This document shows positions 37,800-51,325 of a stretch of DNA of 64,000 nt, in pieces. Within the stretch, counting starts at the first letter, position 1, and every line of letters begins with the position of its first letter. Below the pieces are notes generated by a model. That model was not told the origin of the DNA and searched no databases. It saw only the letters and a list, made by a program, of their open reading frames with translations. Where the stretch lies: NCBI GenBank assembly GCA_964016885.1, contig OZ024740.1, positions 306,032,001-306,096,000 on the forward strand, written 5' to 3'. This stretch comes from Eledone cirrhosa (lineage: Eukaryota). Position numbers and translations under genes: made by a program.

Positions 37800-39800
37800 T
37801 AGCATGTACAGACCCTTATTGGATTTTGAAATGTTCAATAACACTGCGCCACGTGAAAGATCCATATCGTTCGGTTAAGGCAGAGACCAGTTCAGAAGGC
37901 CAAATGTTGGTGTTAGGATGGCCACAAGAGTGTTGTAGCAAATGTGCTTGTAGACTGAGAGTTCTGATAACTATATTTCTCTTTACTCTCCTGGGGTAGT
38001 CATTCCTTGTCTTCTTCTTATTTATGGCTCCATCATATCTGACATTCTTATCCTGTCCAAGATAACTGTAATTGTAACCTGACTTTAGAGGTTGTATTGT
38101 CAAGCTATTCATGTTTAGATTTTCGGAGGAGGGTACAAGTTTTCCATGCTTTATCCGCAAAATTGTACATTTGGACTTGCCAAATTTCATTCCAATGTCT
38201 GTGAAATTTTGGGCAATGAGGCCCAATCTCTTTTTGATGTGGCTGATATTTGGCCTATATAACATTAGGCCGCCAACAAAGAAAAGGTGGGAGATACTTC
38301 TAGATCCATTTCTATGACCACTATGTTTTGTAAGCAGGTATTATAGAAGGTTTAACGAAAGGATAAAGATCAGCACTGATAAAGTATCGCCTTGCCATGT
38401 GTATGGTACGAGATTCCATCTACATCTTATCATCGCTAAGAAGCAAATGGGTGTACAAAGTTTTGGTCAGGCGTTGAATACCGGTTGCTTGTGGTTCTGG
38501 GAACTTGGCTAACTGTAATGCCTTAGTAATCCACTCATCTCTGGTAGTCCAGCCTCCCTACAGCCAAGTTCCTGTGCTTCTTCCATGTTTTCCAGCATCA
38601 TTTTATTAATTAAGCTTCTCTATACAGCCCCTCACTTCCCTCTTTCCCCCATCTTGCTCGGGTGTAATGGTGTTAGTGGTGGCACAAGGATCCTGCAAAA
38701 ACAAATTGAGGCACCCAGTGTATAATTTATACACGATGTTCTGACAGGCTATTGCGTGGTAATTTTTAACATGAGTGGTCAGGTTAGTTTGGGGTGAGGA
38801 GAATAGTGACAGTTGATAACCATTTGATAAGTTGAGACGTGTCCCTGATACTCTCTCCATACAAACTTATCAAATCTCGCTAATAAAAGGTGAAAATCTT
38901 AAGCCAGGGTCTTGTTATAAGATTTGGGCCTTGGAAGTTTCTGTTCGCTACTTTCAGTGGGACTGTTTTCAATATTGAATCGTTTATTTCATATCAATTT
39001 TGTTCAACATGCTTGCAATAGCCTTGCTCTAGTTCTTCTAACCAAACAGATTGCATGCTGAACCCATCGTTTCTTCCCATGCTGATCTTCAATGGCTCTC
39101 AACCGGATATTCTGTGAGGATTGAGCTGTTCAGTTTGAAGTTACGATAAACCGATTTGAAATCTCTGGCAAATAACCTATTCAGCATTTACCATTGATAT
39201 ACTGTAGATTTATATTTTAGTTTTTCAGTAGTGGCTGTAAGATCTTATTTCTGTTGATCTAGTTTGGATTTTAGGGTTTTAAATCATGTATCTTCAGATC
39301 ACCTCTCTAATATTTCTCTTAAATTGTTCTGGTGTATAAAATTGTTGTCTATGTCGCATTGCATAATTACAAGAATTTCTGAGATAATAAATCGCAGGAA
39401 TAAAATATATTTTTTAAAGTTGTGTTGCTATACTGGATCAGGCTCTTTGCCTGTATCTTGATTGCATGGCTTTAACTCTTTGCCAGAAGTCAGCAATATA
39501 TAGCCATCACATACGTCAGGAAATGTATAATTTGGTTTGTTGTTTCTATACCATGGACAATGTGTTTTTTAGATAATTGTCTGTAATTTCGTTTACTATT
39601 TCCAGTTCGAATTTGGTTTGATGGTCTGTCACTCTTATTAAGGTTTTGAATCTTCTGAAATATATAGTCCCAGATCGCTTGTAAAGTATTGACAAGATTT
39701 TGGTAGTTCACTGTTTGTACAACAAAGCTTCAAATTTCCGATAAATTTATACCGGTCGTGAGAGAACTGATTGGTTAATATTAGCGTCAGCGGTTTTTTC
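37800..39800 (-). mobile_element. R4/Dong-like LINE, decayed
   Basis: NYHAIACQNIVYKLYTGCL, QGDTLS, DIGMKFGKSKC, YSYLG. Homologous to 14280-15600. Confidence 0.8.
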
Positions 39801-39923
39801 TGTTTGCTCAAAGCTGATGGCTTTGATGTAGTTATTGTTATGTTTGTTGCTGATAGTGGGAGAGCTATGTTTCCTCATATCACTAGCTTCAGTTACTGCC
39901 TTTTCACAGTTAGATTGTGTTGA

Positions 39924-40138
39924 ACTGGGGTGCTAAAAAGTTCTTGGCTTTGGGTAAAAAAAAATACCGGAGGACCAGTTAAAAGAAAATACAGGAGAAT
40001 CGGTTAATTATGATTTTATTCCACCTATTCCCCCCTCAGATTCACATACTTATTGTAGCGGTCCTACCTCCCCTGTAAAGGTAACAGCTCTACTCTTTCA
40101 CGATACCCTTAAGCCAGGAACTTTTCAGCATCCCGGTA
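39924..40138. mobile_element. mariner-type MITE
   Basis: GGGTGCTAAAAAGTTCTTGGCTT ... AAGCCAGGAACTTTTCAGCATCC imperfect terminal repeats. Confidence 0.65.
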
Positions 40139-40257
40139 CGAACCAAGTTACGCTTAATAATGTTTTGCCTGTTCGTTTAAGTATTTGGGGCTAAGATCTA
40201 CTTCAGAATGTTTGAAGTTTCACAGACTTCTTAGCTTTTGCGTAAACCCGAATCATT

Positions 40258-40669
40258 TACTCTCGGGTCACAAATAATAGGGGGCGGGGATATGCGATGG
40301 GTAGAATAGACGGGGGAGTTGGAATAAGCGGGGGTAGAAATCGGTAATTTTTCTACAATATCTCCGTTGATTTTTTTTTAAAACCAGTATTTGTCGTTTA
40401 GTTTACATATTGAGACCCCCAACCCATCCTATTTATTTCATAACGTATGGGATTTCTAGTAATGCTCTTTTTTTGTCATGTATAAAGTTTTTTTAGTGTC
40501 TAAAGAAAATTAATTGTCACAGGAATGCTACCACTTATATTAAAATTTCGCCGAAGGTAGCAAAATTTAATAAGCAGGAGGTAGGGTTGGAATAAGCGAG
40601 GGGGGGGGGGGGGGAGAATCAGAAGAATGAATAAGCAGGACGGGGACGATTATTTGAGACCTGAGAGTA
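40258..40669. mobile_element. TA-flanked MITE, with inverted relatives at ~44614-45230 and ~45448-45813
   Basis: TACTCTCGGGTCACAAATAA ... TTATTTGAGACCTGAGAGTA. The internal TTGAGACCCCCAACCCATCC is shared with the other copies. Confidence 0.7.
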
Positions 40670-41220
40670 TTTACGCTTCATATAAATCTATGTCAAGGTG
40701 GTAGCTCCACTGCATATTAAAATTACGACTGGGTCGAAGAAAGCTTATACTTTTTATAATAATTTTGTCTATTCATTATTATCTATATGTAAAGTACCAG
40801 TAATGCACTGAGTAATTGCTGGCCTTGTGCCAAAAGTAGAGACAATTATTATCTATATGTAGTTTTTAAATAAACGATGATATTCTTTGAAAGTTTCGAC
40901 AAATTTTTGCTTCAACTAAAGTTGTTCGCAGATTATGTATGTATGTATGTATGTATGTATGTATGTATGTATGTATGTATATATGTATGTATGTATGTAT
41001 GTATGCATGTATGTATGTATGTATATATGTATGTATGTATGTATGTATGCATGCATGTATGTATGTATGTATGTATGTATGTATGTATGTATGTATGTAT
41101 GTATGTATGTATGTATGTATGTATGTATGCATGCATGCATGTATGTATGTATGTATGTATGTATGTATGTATGCATGTATGTATGTATGTGTGTATGTAT
41201 GTATGTATGTATATACACAT

Positions 41221-41525
41221 TTTTGGATGGCCGTTGACTCTTATGAGTTCTTCCGCCCTTGTATATGTATATATGTATGTGTGCATGTGTATGTATATGC
41301 GCGGAGACATAGAAATAGTCGGGCTGGATACCCGAGCGCGCGGTTAAACCACTGGGAGTGAAGGACCCCTAGCCTTTGTCAGGGCATTCTTCTAGGAGAG
41401 AGCAACTCAGGAAACTGGGATAACTCAGACATAAAACCTGCGACTCAGTAGTTACCAATGATTTTGATCTTTTCTTCTTTTCGGGTCATAGCTACTGTCG
41501 CCCAGAGAGTCGGATTGGCTCAGTG
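41221..41525 (+). mobile_element. Short RTE derivative (subfamily 2) fragment after a long (TATG)n
   Basis: Matches 1770-2100 in reverse and 29345-29530. Confidence 0.65.
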
Positions 41526-42379
41526 TACAGTCTTTCTTTGGGGAGGCCAGCACGTGGGACCCCATTTGCTCACCATACAGAGAGATGGGGAGGGCGAGAG
41601 AGATGGAGGCGATGACAGTGGGAGTTCGGCTCGTCTACGTTCGGGCCATATCCTTGTGGTTGTGTTTATCATCTATATAGAAAACCAACCTCTACCAATT
41701 AGTTGTATGGGGTGACAGACGTCATCTGGCTGCAACCGTCGTATTACATAGTTTCTAGATTACTCTTTAACATCTTTGCTTTATTCAACTTGTTAGGATT
41801 TTTCTACTGTGTAGATAGAGATGTGTTTAAACTTCTTTATACAGAGAAAAATAATATCTTTATTAATCAATGAATCTGCTATCGAACGAACTTACCACCG
41901 ATTAATATGTAGCACGTGTTAGAATTGAATTTTACTTTGACAAGATTATTACCTCCACGAAATCAATAGATGCATACAACGCCCAGCACTATACCACGGA
42001 TTTGATAATGCAACTTTCTTTCCCAAAATGATTCAGTTAATATGCTTTTGCTGATAAATCAATGGTGGAGAGAAAAGAAAAAGAAAGTAACTACACAGCC
42101 GAGCAGATTATCATGTCAAAATTATCAATCGGCCCATTTAATCTGGATAATAGGTGATTTTTATATTTTGGCAACTATCAGCTTCTCATAAAACCCGATT
42201 AAGTTAGATGAATTTGATGGCTAAAACGTGAATACAAATTAATAGCAAACGTTTTTCTTTTTCGTATTTGTTTTATTTTTATTTTTTTTTCCATATTTTT
42301 TTTATTGACTTATATATTAGTAGTTTATTAGTATATGACTAAAAAAAATTATATATGGAATATATCATATAAATACAGT

Positions 42380-42830
42380 TTAATAGAAGAAAAAAAAGCA
42401 AACAGGAAGGGGAGGGAATGGCAAGGACTCTAGTGTCATAGGAGAATGGGGAGGGGAGATAATTGGGCTCTGGGCCAAGGGCGCGGCGGTAGAGGGGCTG
42501 CGTCCCGTGGACAAGACCACAAAAACATTCCCGCAGACAATGGCCAGCGACACCCGCTGCAACAGCCACCCCACCTCGCGGGGCTCCCTCCTCAGACGGG
42601 CCGCCGACGTTCCGATCTTGCGGAAGATCTCGACAGTACGTGGTCCAAGTACGCCAGAGGTCTTGCCGGCGACCGATGCGAAGAGGAAGCGGCCGGACAG
42701 TCAAGCTATATCGGCATTTGCCTTTCCCTTGGACAACATCGGTGGCGCGGAGAGGGGAGACTGGTATGCATGGGCTACTGCTGGTCTTCCACAAACAACT
42801 TTGCCCGGACTTGTGGTTTGGAGGGGAACT
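42380..42830 (-). mobile_element. CRE-like LINE 3' fragment
   Basis: GC-rich. Encodes VLGPRTVEIFRKIG...EPREVGWLLQRVSLAIVCGN. Confidence 0.7.
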
Positions 42831-43174
42831 TTCTTGGTGCAAATCCCATGGCCATTCGTGACCGAAATGGGGTCTTTACCCTTTTTACCCTTTTATATGC
42901 CTGTAAGCAGCGACAGCACTATCAAACTGGTGTGTGTTCTATTGGCTTGTAGTATCCCCTTCAATTTCCCTCATGTCATCCTACAATAGACCGACATCCT
43001 ATAGAGGGGCGAGAATATTTCTGGCATTTGCATAATGTTATTCAAACCGTAAGGAGCACAAAAAGGTTAAGTTAAGGATTGACTTCATAACACCCTAACA
43101 CTTACAACACAGATTCCATCACCACCACCCGTTTGTGGCACGTGATTAAATATGCTGGGTTACTCCCACTTTTT

Positions 43175-43225
<51 letters not shown>

Positions 43226-43376
43226 ACTATCATTGAACCATTTATTTATACTCATGATATGTATATATACAATTTATATTTAATGTATATATATATATAT
43301 AAAATATAAATTGTATATATATATATATATACAGTATATCATGAGTATAAATAAATGGTTCACTGATAGTAAATTA

Positions 43377-43451
<75 letters not shown>

Positions 43452-43563
43452 AGGAAAAGCGAAGTAGTTTCAGATGTTCAAGTCCTTTAATAATAATATT
43501 ATTATTAAAGTCCTTTAATAATAATATTATTATTAAATTGAATTGCATCAATATTTACTCTAA

Positions 43564-43599
<36 letters not shown>

Positions 43600-43685
43600 T
43601 CAGTATATGATGAGTATAAATAAATGGTTCAATGATAGTAAATTATATATATATATATATATATATAAATTATATATATATATAT

Positions 43686-43734
<49 letters not shown>

Positions 43735-43796
43735 CGTAAAATAAGGAAATCTAAAAAAAAAATAAAAAAATAAATTAACTTACTTACTTAAATTTT

Positions 43797-43875
<79 letters not shown>

Positions 43876-44053
43876 TATATGATGAGTATAAATAAATGGT
43901 TCAATGATAGTAAATTACAAATACAGGGCAGCAGGAGAAGCATATAACTGATCAGTGTCTTCGTTAGCTTGGAGAAGGGAAGGGCTTCACAGGGCTGACT
44001 TTCCTTGGATATGAAAATAAAAGTATCCATTAGTGTGACATCATCAAACAGCT

Positions 44054-44113
<60 letters not shown>

Positions 44114-44184
44114 TGAAGGAGAGACGAAGATTATCTTTCCTAGAATTCTTGAGGGCATACATAGGAAGGTGATGGGTCTACGAT

Positions 44185-44388
44185 GGATTGGCAGTGTCGG
44201 TAGAGTGTCGGACACCTTGTTTTGCAGCATTGAGTTACGATCTGAGTTCAAATCCCGCCGAGGTTAACTTTGCCTTTCATCCTTACGGGGTCGATAAAAT
44301 AAAGTACCAGTAATGCACTGGAGTCGATTTAATCGACTTTCCCCTCCCCCAAATTACTAGCCTTGTGCCACAAGTAGAAACAATTATT
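44185..44388 (+). mobile_element. SINE copy
   Basis: Well-preserved SINE core. Confidence 0.8.
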
Positions 44389-45869
44389 TCACCTGGGTTT
44401 TGTTATAATTTTGCCAAGCTTCCAGATTCTGGGAATATAATAATATTTCAATTAGCTGTTGTAAACGCCTCTGTGTTGTATGAGTAGGTATTGGATTAGT
44501 TTTGGCTTCAGGCTTTTGAGGTTTTAGATTTACCTATTATTAACTTCATTGAGGTGCAAATGTATTGTAATGATAATTAACAGGTGATCCAAGGAAAGTT
44601 AAGAATTGTTGACTACTCTCAGATAGCGAACAATCAACACCCCCCCCCCCACACCGTTTATTAATTTTTCAGATGTTTTCCACCCCAACCACGCTTATTC
44701 CAACCCCACCGCTAATTAAATGTTGATCTATCTCCGGCGAAATTTTATTTTAAGTGGTAGCATCAGAAACTGGCAGAGGGGGTGGGGCGGTGTGTTGGCC
44801 CCGGGTATCCTTAATAAATTTGATTGATTTATCCTTAGTAAATTTGATTGATTTATATTAAAATCAAATAAAGCGTTTATTTCATGTTTATATATTGAAA
44901 ATGTTATCCTTTCTCATAATATTTCTCGGTATATTATACTTGAGTCTTTGTGGCATACAATCAAGATTTTCCCCGAGCATCACCAGAGCTCTGCACGTCG
45001 CTGTGTAGCATTCCTGTGACAATTAATTTCCTTTAAACATTAAAAAACATTATACATGACAAAAAAAGTACATTACAAGAAATCCCATACGTTATAGAAT
45101 AAATAGGATGGGTTGGGGGTCTCAATATGTAAACTAGAAAAATTACCAATTTTCCAATCTCTACCTCCTCGCTTATTCCACACACACACACACCACCACA
45201 TCCTATCCCCGTTTATTCCTTCCCAAAGGCTTTCCAGACATGACTATACCGTCATTTTTTTTTTCAGTCGTACTATCGAGAACTACAATTTTTAATGCGT
45301 TTTTTTTTTTAAGACAATGGAGTTTGTTTTGGCTGCTGCGTCTAGCTGCTCTGTCGTTAGCTCATCGATTATATCGTACTAAGTAATATCAATTGATTTC
45401 TTCTAGATGTTATTAGAACACAACCTTTAGTAAACAATTCGTTAATTACTGTTCTCGAATAATCGTCCTTCCACCATTGTTAATTTTTTCATCCCTCTCC
45501 ACCCGATTATTAAATCTTTCTAATCTATCTCCGGTGAATTTTTATTTTAAGTGGTAACATTCCTGTGATAATTAATTTTCTTTAGATATTAAAAATATAC
45601 ATGACAAAAAAAGAACATTACTAAAAATCCCATACATTATAAAATAAATAGGATGGGTTGGGGTCTCAATGTGTAAACTAAACGACTAATTCTGTTGTTT
45701 TTTTTTTAAACCAAGGGAGACAACCTAGAAAAATTATCTATTTTCAATCCCCACCCCACTTATTTCAGCTCCCTCGCTTATCCACCCCTTCTATTATTTG
45801 GGACCCGAGAGTACATGTTCACAGCGTATATTTTTATCATAGCATTTATCATATGTGAGATGATAATTA

Positions 45870-46100
45870 GACAGATTTTACGGGCAAAACCAACCGATAG
45901 GAAAGTCAGGGGTATACCCCGAGCAAGATGGTCGGATAACATCCATGAGCTCTGCTGGTCACGTTTGGGGGATCCAGCTGGATCAATTGGAGATGATTGC
46001 TTCTGACATGACCCGCTGGAAGGACTGTTTGAGGATTCTGTCCCCCACGACCCTCTCATGAATAATTGAGCGAAGAAGAAGAAGAAGAAGAAGAAGAAGA
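45870..46100 (+). mobile_element. RTE 3' end with (GAA)n tail
   Basis: QILRAKPT..RGIPRARW, homologous to 31610-31800. Confidence 0.8.
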
Positions 46101-46368
46101 AATGATAATTTCCACAAACTGGTGATTTTCCTACCCTTAAAAAATAAAATGTCCATCAGTTATCACCTGGAAGTTGTATAAGAATATCTCTTAACTGAAA
46201 CAAACCTAACACATATGGACAAGTGGATGGAGAGAGGGAGGGGGTGATAGTGAGGGAGTGAGTGAGTGAGAGAGAGAACGAGAGTGTGTGTGAGAGATAG
46301 AGAAGGAGTGAAACAGACGAGCGAGCAAACAGCAAGCTATGTTATTTAGCTAGCTAGTTAACTTGATG

Positions 46369-46461
<93 letters not shown>

Positions 46462-46554
46462 CTAGAGAAATACATTGGGAGAGAGAAAGATATATAAATA
46501 TATATATATATATTATATATTATATATATTATATATATTATATATTATATATAT

Positions 46555-47430
46555 TATCCAGGCAGTTTACGATGTGCTTCCAAGCCCATCAAACCTGCAC
46601 ACATGGGGCATAGCAGAGACACCAGTATGTGCGTTGTGCTCCAAGCGAGGAACCCTGAAACACATCCTCAGCTGCTGCACAGGGGAACTTGGAGAAGGAC
46701 GGTACCGCTGGAGGCATGACCAAGTCCTTAAGACCATCGCTGAATCCATCAGCGCAGGACTTGTGTGGGCGAAGCGGTTCCGACCCTCCAAGAAAACCAT
46801 CACCTTTGTCAGAGCTGGGGAGCAGCCAACCCTTGCCAGGAAAACATCGGCGGGCATCCTAACATCTGCAAGAGACTGGCAGCTATTGGTGGATCTTGTG
46901 CGTCAGCTGAAGTTCCCTGGCCACATTGCGGTCACCACCCTGCAACCAGACATTGTCCTCGTGTCTGAGTCTACCAAGCAAGTAGTGCTGCTGAAGTTGA
47001 CTGTCCCATGGGAAGATCGCCTGGAAGAAGCCTTTGACAGAAAGCTCTCCAAGTACGCGGTTCTGGTCAGTGACTGTCAGCGGGCTGGTTGGAGAGCGAG
47101 GTGTCTCCCAGTGGAGGTTGGATGCAGGGGTTTCGCAGCCCGTTCCCTGACCAGAGCCTTCAGCAGTTTGGGCATCGAGGGAGTGAGGAGGAAGGCCATC
47201 CGCAGTACCACCGATGCGACATAGAGGGACTCAAGATGGCTGTGGATCAAAAGAGGAGAGCCATGGAGTCATGGTAGCTAGCTGGCTATCTGGACACAAG
47301 CTGGGGTCTGATCAGCCCCAGCTGGGTCACTGGAGAAGGGTGTATGATGTTGAAAGACCTGAAACACCCGATGATACCAGGCACATCACTGAAGATGTGT
47401 CCAGATGCATCAGTCATAGATGTATGTACA
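46555..47430 (+). mobile_element. HERO-like REL-endonuclease LINE 3' part
   Basis: YDVLPSPSNLHTWG, CALC..GTLKHILSCC, GRYRWRHDQVL, QPDIVL, LTVPWE, PVEVGCRGF, followed by a structured 3' UTR. Confidence 0.8.
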
Positions 47431-47438
47431 CAACAATA

Positions 47439-48917
47439 TCTCTATATATATATAAAACGGAAGATGTCTGTGTGTGTGTGTGTGTCTGTGTGTGTGTGAT
47501 TTTTATGCATTTCCACATTTCTCTACCGATTTTGATGATTTTTTTCCAATGTGCTCCAAATTTACTAACGATCGTCAAAGCATAATAAACTTTGCCAAAA
47601 ATTTCCTGCTTCTATGAAAAAAAATCGATAAAACTAAATACATGCTGTAATCCTCTCTCTTACACGCTTATTCACTCTTTCTACTACCCAACAGCGACAA
47701 AACTTCGTTCAGGAATGCGACATAAACTTTGAAAACTAAGCAACATATTATTTTATACAACAAACATAGTCATAACGCTCTCTCCGTCGCTCTCCCCTCT
47801 CTTTGTAATAGATTATTCCCCCCTCTCTATAATTTAACTGCTTTACTCTCTTCATGCTTTGAGGTTTAACACACCTCCCCAAAGTTTCTTAGCTTTACTC
47901 TCTCTGTCGCTCTTCCCTCTCTCTATAATAGATTATTCCCCCTCTCTATAATTTAACTGCTTTACTCTCTCTCTGTCGTTCTTCACTCTCTATATGACAA
48001 CACTGTTTTACACACCTCCCTATAGTTTCTTAGCTTTACTCTCTCCATCGCTCTTCCCTCTCTCTCTATAATAGATTATTCCCCCTCTCTATAATTTAAC
48101 TGCTGGGGGAGTCATTGGAGTTCCGTAGTGACATACGGCTTTTCTGGTGTATTTTAAATCGACTTATTGCAAATAACAACCCGCAAAATAACACTTCATA
48201 TAACAGATTAATGCTATAGACATATGAATCGGAATGTTTAAATTATTTATTTTTTAAGACTTTCATTTGTTAAATATAAATATGACAACACCCATAGTGT
48301 TGTACTTCTGGCAATTCTGCCGAATACACTGCCAAGGATGAACCTTTTCCCCTCGGCGTCAAATATCGCGTTCGATTTCCGGCGATCCCAATTCCCGGTG
48401 AGACCATGTTTTGCCATGTCCATTAACAAGTCACAAGGGCAAACATTGTCGGTGGCGGGCATCCATTTGGGGGAGCCAAGCTTCTCCCATGGCCAACCTT
48501 ATGCTGCCTGTTCCCACGTAGAGAACAGGAATGGACTTATTGCTTACACTCCTCAAGGGATGACACGCAATATCGTCTACAAAGAGGTGCTACAGATGTT
48601 GGTGCAGGTGTTGGAGGTGTTGGAGCTACGCTGTCTGGAAAACTATTTCCTGGTAGGGTCACCCATGGCGGACAGATCTGACACCCAGCGGCATCAGGGC
48701 CACCATCTTGCAACTTTGGTCTGCTAAATTCGCTATTGGGAGATTATTAACCCATCATTGATTATCCAAAATGCTAATTGGTTCGTAACTTTTAATAACC
48801 GGTTCAACTGCTTTATGCACTTAATTGATAAGCTTATTCGCTTTCAAGCCACGTTTACCTGTATGTAACTTTTCATAGCAAATGAACAAACCCGAGCAAC
48901 GCCGGGTTAAACTGCTA

Positions 48918-48918
<1 letters not shown>
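47439..48918 (+). mobile_element. Non-autonomous Helitron with both termini and a PIF1 remnant
   Basis: 5' A|TC. 3' hairpin AACCCG-AGCAACGC-CGGGTT then CTAG|T at 48915-48919. Contains QFPVRPCFAMSINKSQGQTL...SHGQ...TRNIVYKEVL and internal repeats at 47770-48105. Confidence 0.9.
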
Positions 48919-49006
<88 letters not shown>

Positions 49007-49375
49007 GCAGGGAAGAGAGACAGAGAGATACTTAGATATCTATATCTATACATGGATAAATAGAGAGAGAGAGGAGGGGGTAGGGGAGAATAGAGAAAAG
49101 AAAAAGAGAGAAGGAGAGAAAGAGAGATAGTTACATTTTGTAGACTTATTTTCATTTGAATATATTTTAGTAATAGTTGTAGCAGAAAACATCTGATGGT
49201 TGCCATGACAATTAATGAGATTTTTAAATAGGGAATAAGAAGGTAGCTCATGATGGTAGTAGAGGTGATAGTGGTACAGGTGATGGTGATAATGGGGAGG
49301 GGGTGGTTGTTGATGGTTGTTGGGAGGTTGCCGTGTGAAGCTTGGAAGTGAAAAATGAAAGTAGACAACACGTAG

Positions 49376-49509
<134 letters not shown>

Positions 49510-49659
49510 TAATAAACACAGTAAATTGTGTCTAAAATTACGAGGGTTGAAATACCACGTTGGTTTGATAAATTTAACCTGAAGCAAACGGAAAATACAG
49601 AATAAAGAGTAAAGTGTACAGACCGTTTCAATAACTATTGATAATAACTATATATATAT

Positions 49660-50394
49660 ATATTGTTATACTTGGGGAGGGTCATATTTGTGTAATATTG
49701 CCAGAATTAATAACAGAACACACTCACTGTTTGGTTGGTTTTCGCTTCTGTGTCTTTTATATCGGTTAATTTAATTTATTCGGTCCTCAATGTTGCCATT
49801 GACTGACCAACGGTCAAAAATACAGATACAATATAGACACAATCACATATATATAGTCTATCAAAGTTCTTTCGTTGCACATCTGCAACATCGTCAGTGG
49901 TGCTATTGTTTCCTCTCGTTGCATTGTATTTTCTACGCCATCTTTATTTAGTCTGTTTATATATTTATTTATTTGTTTTTGTTTTTTTTGTCTTCTTTGC
50001 GCATGCGTTTGCGTGTGTGTATAGTGTTTTGTTTGATGTGTGTTCGTGATTGGGTGACTGTGTATTGGTTAATGTATTCTATCTTTACTAGTGTGTGTTT
50101 ATATGTGTTTGTTGTTATTGTGCTTGTGTATCTATTTATTTATTTATCTATTTATTTATTTATTTATACTTCTCTTAGGTCAGTGTTGTTTGTTTGGGTG
50201 GTGTTGTTATTCCATTCATTTTTTCTGTTTAGCCTTGGCCTTCTAAGTTCTATTTCACTGGCCTCTCTGAGTTGCCTATCTGCTGGGTCATTTCTATGTT
50301 TAGATATTATATAATTTCTATAATTAGATATTCTAATTTCTATGTTGTCTATGTTACCGTCGTGTTGTTGTCTGGCATGTTCGTATAGTACCCG

Positions 50395-50395
<1 letters not shown>
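49660..50395 (-). mobile_element. Penelope-like element 3' part (GIY-YIG C-terminus and pLTR)
   Basis: Minus strand encodes [10 protein letters not shown]...DRQLREASEIELRRPRLNRKNEW. It ends with the same TGTTATACTT(G/T)GGGAG block as 35151. Confidence 0.7.
49858..49901 (-). ncRNA. Minimal hammerhead ribozyme
   Basis: Minus strand reads CTGACGA-T-GTTGCA-GATG-TGCAAC-GAAA-GAACTT-TGAT. Confidence 0.65.
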
Positions 50396-50490
<95 letters not shown>

Positions 50491-50576
50491 AAAGTTATAT
50501 TTAAATTGTTGGGTTAACAACGAGTAAATATTTATAACTGATATAAAAGCACTCAACAAGTATTTGGAGTATATTT

Positions 50577-50899
50577 ATATTAAATAAATGGAAACTATAT
50601 TTATAAAACCATATTTATTTCATTATATAAATTTCAGGGATATCATATTAACAATATGTTATGCCTTCTTCAGACAAAATACAATATAAACAGTCTTATA
50701 AATAAATAGATACGACATACCTTTCAATCGACTTGCATTTGGAAGTTGATTTGAAAGGTATGTCGTATCTATTTATTTATAAGACTGTTTATATTGTATT
50801 TTGTCTGAAGAAGGCATAACATATTGTTAATATGATATCCCTGAAATATATATAATGAAATAAATATGGTTTTATAAATATAGTTTCCATTTATTTAAT

Positions 50900-50901
<2 letters not shown>
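50577..50901. repeat. ~325-bp near-perfect foldback
   Basis: Arms of about 150 bp are reverse-complementary around ~50738. Confidence 0.9.
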
Positions 50902-50959
<58 letters not shown>

Positions 50960-51028
50960 TATGTATCAGCCGTACTAAGAGTGAGAAATGAAATTTCATT
51001 TTTTTCCACACACACACACACACACACA

Positions 51029-51069
<41 letters not shown>

Positions 51070-51275
51070 CTACGAGAGAGGGGGGAGAAAGAGAGAAGTA
51101 TAATCCTGACCGCTTCGCGCCACGATCGGGATTATACCTATCTCTATACCCACTCTGCATCCCCCCATGCATTGAGTACTCCCGTAATTTGTGGTTTTCT
51201 TCGGCCTCAGCACCGCAGACTATCGCTTTCTCTCTCTCTCTCTCTCTCTCCCTCTCTCTCTCTCTTTCTCTCTCT

Positions 51276-51325
<50 letters not shown>

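Noticed and set aside
40866-41361. MYVC/HTYI and similar YI, SL, HT ORFs throughout the window
   Set aside because: They are translations of microsatellites.
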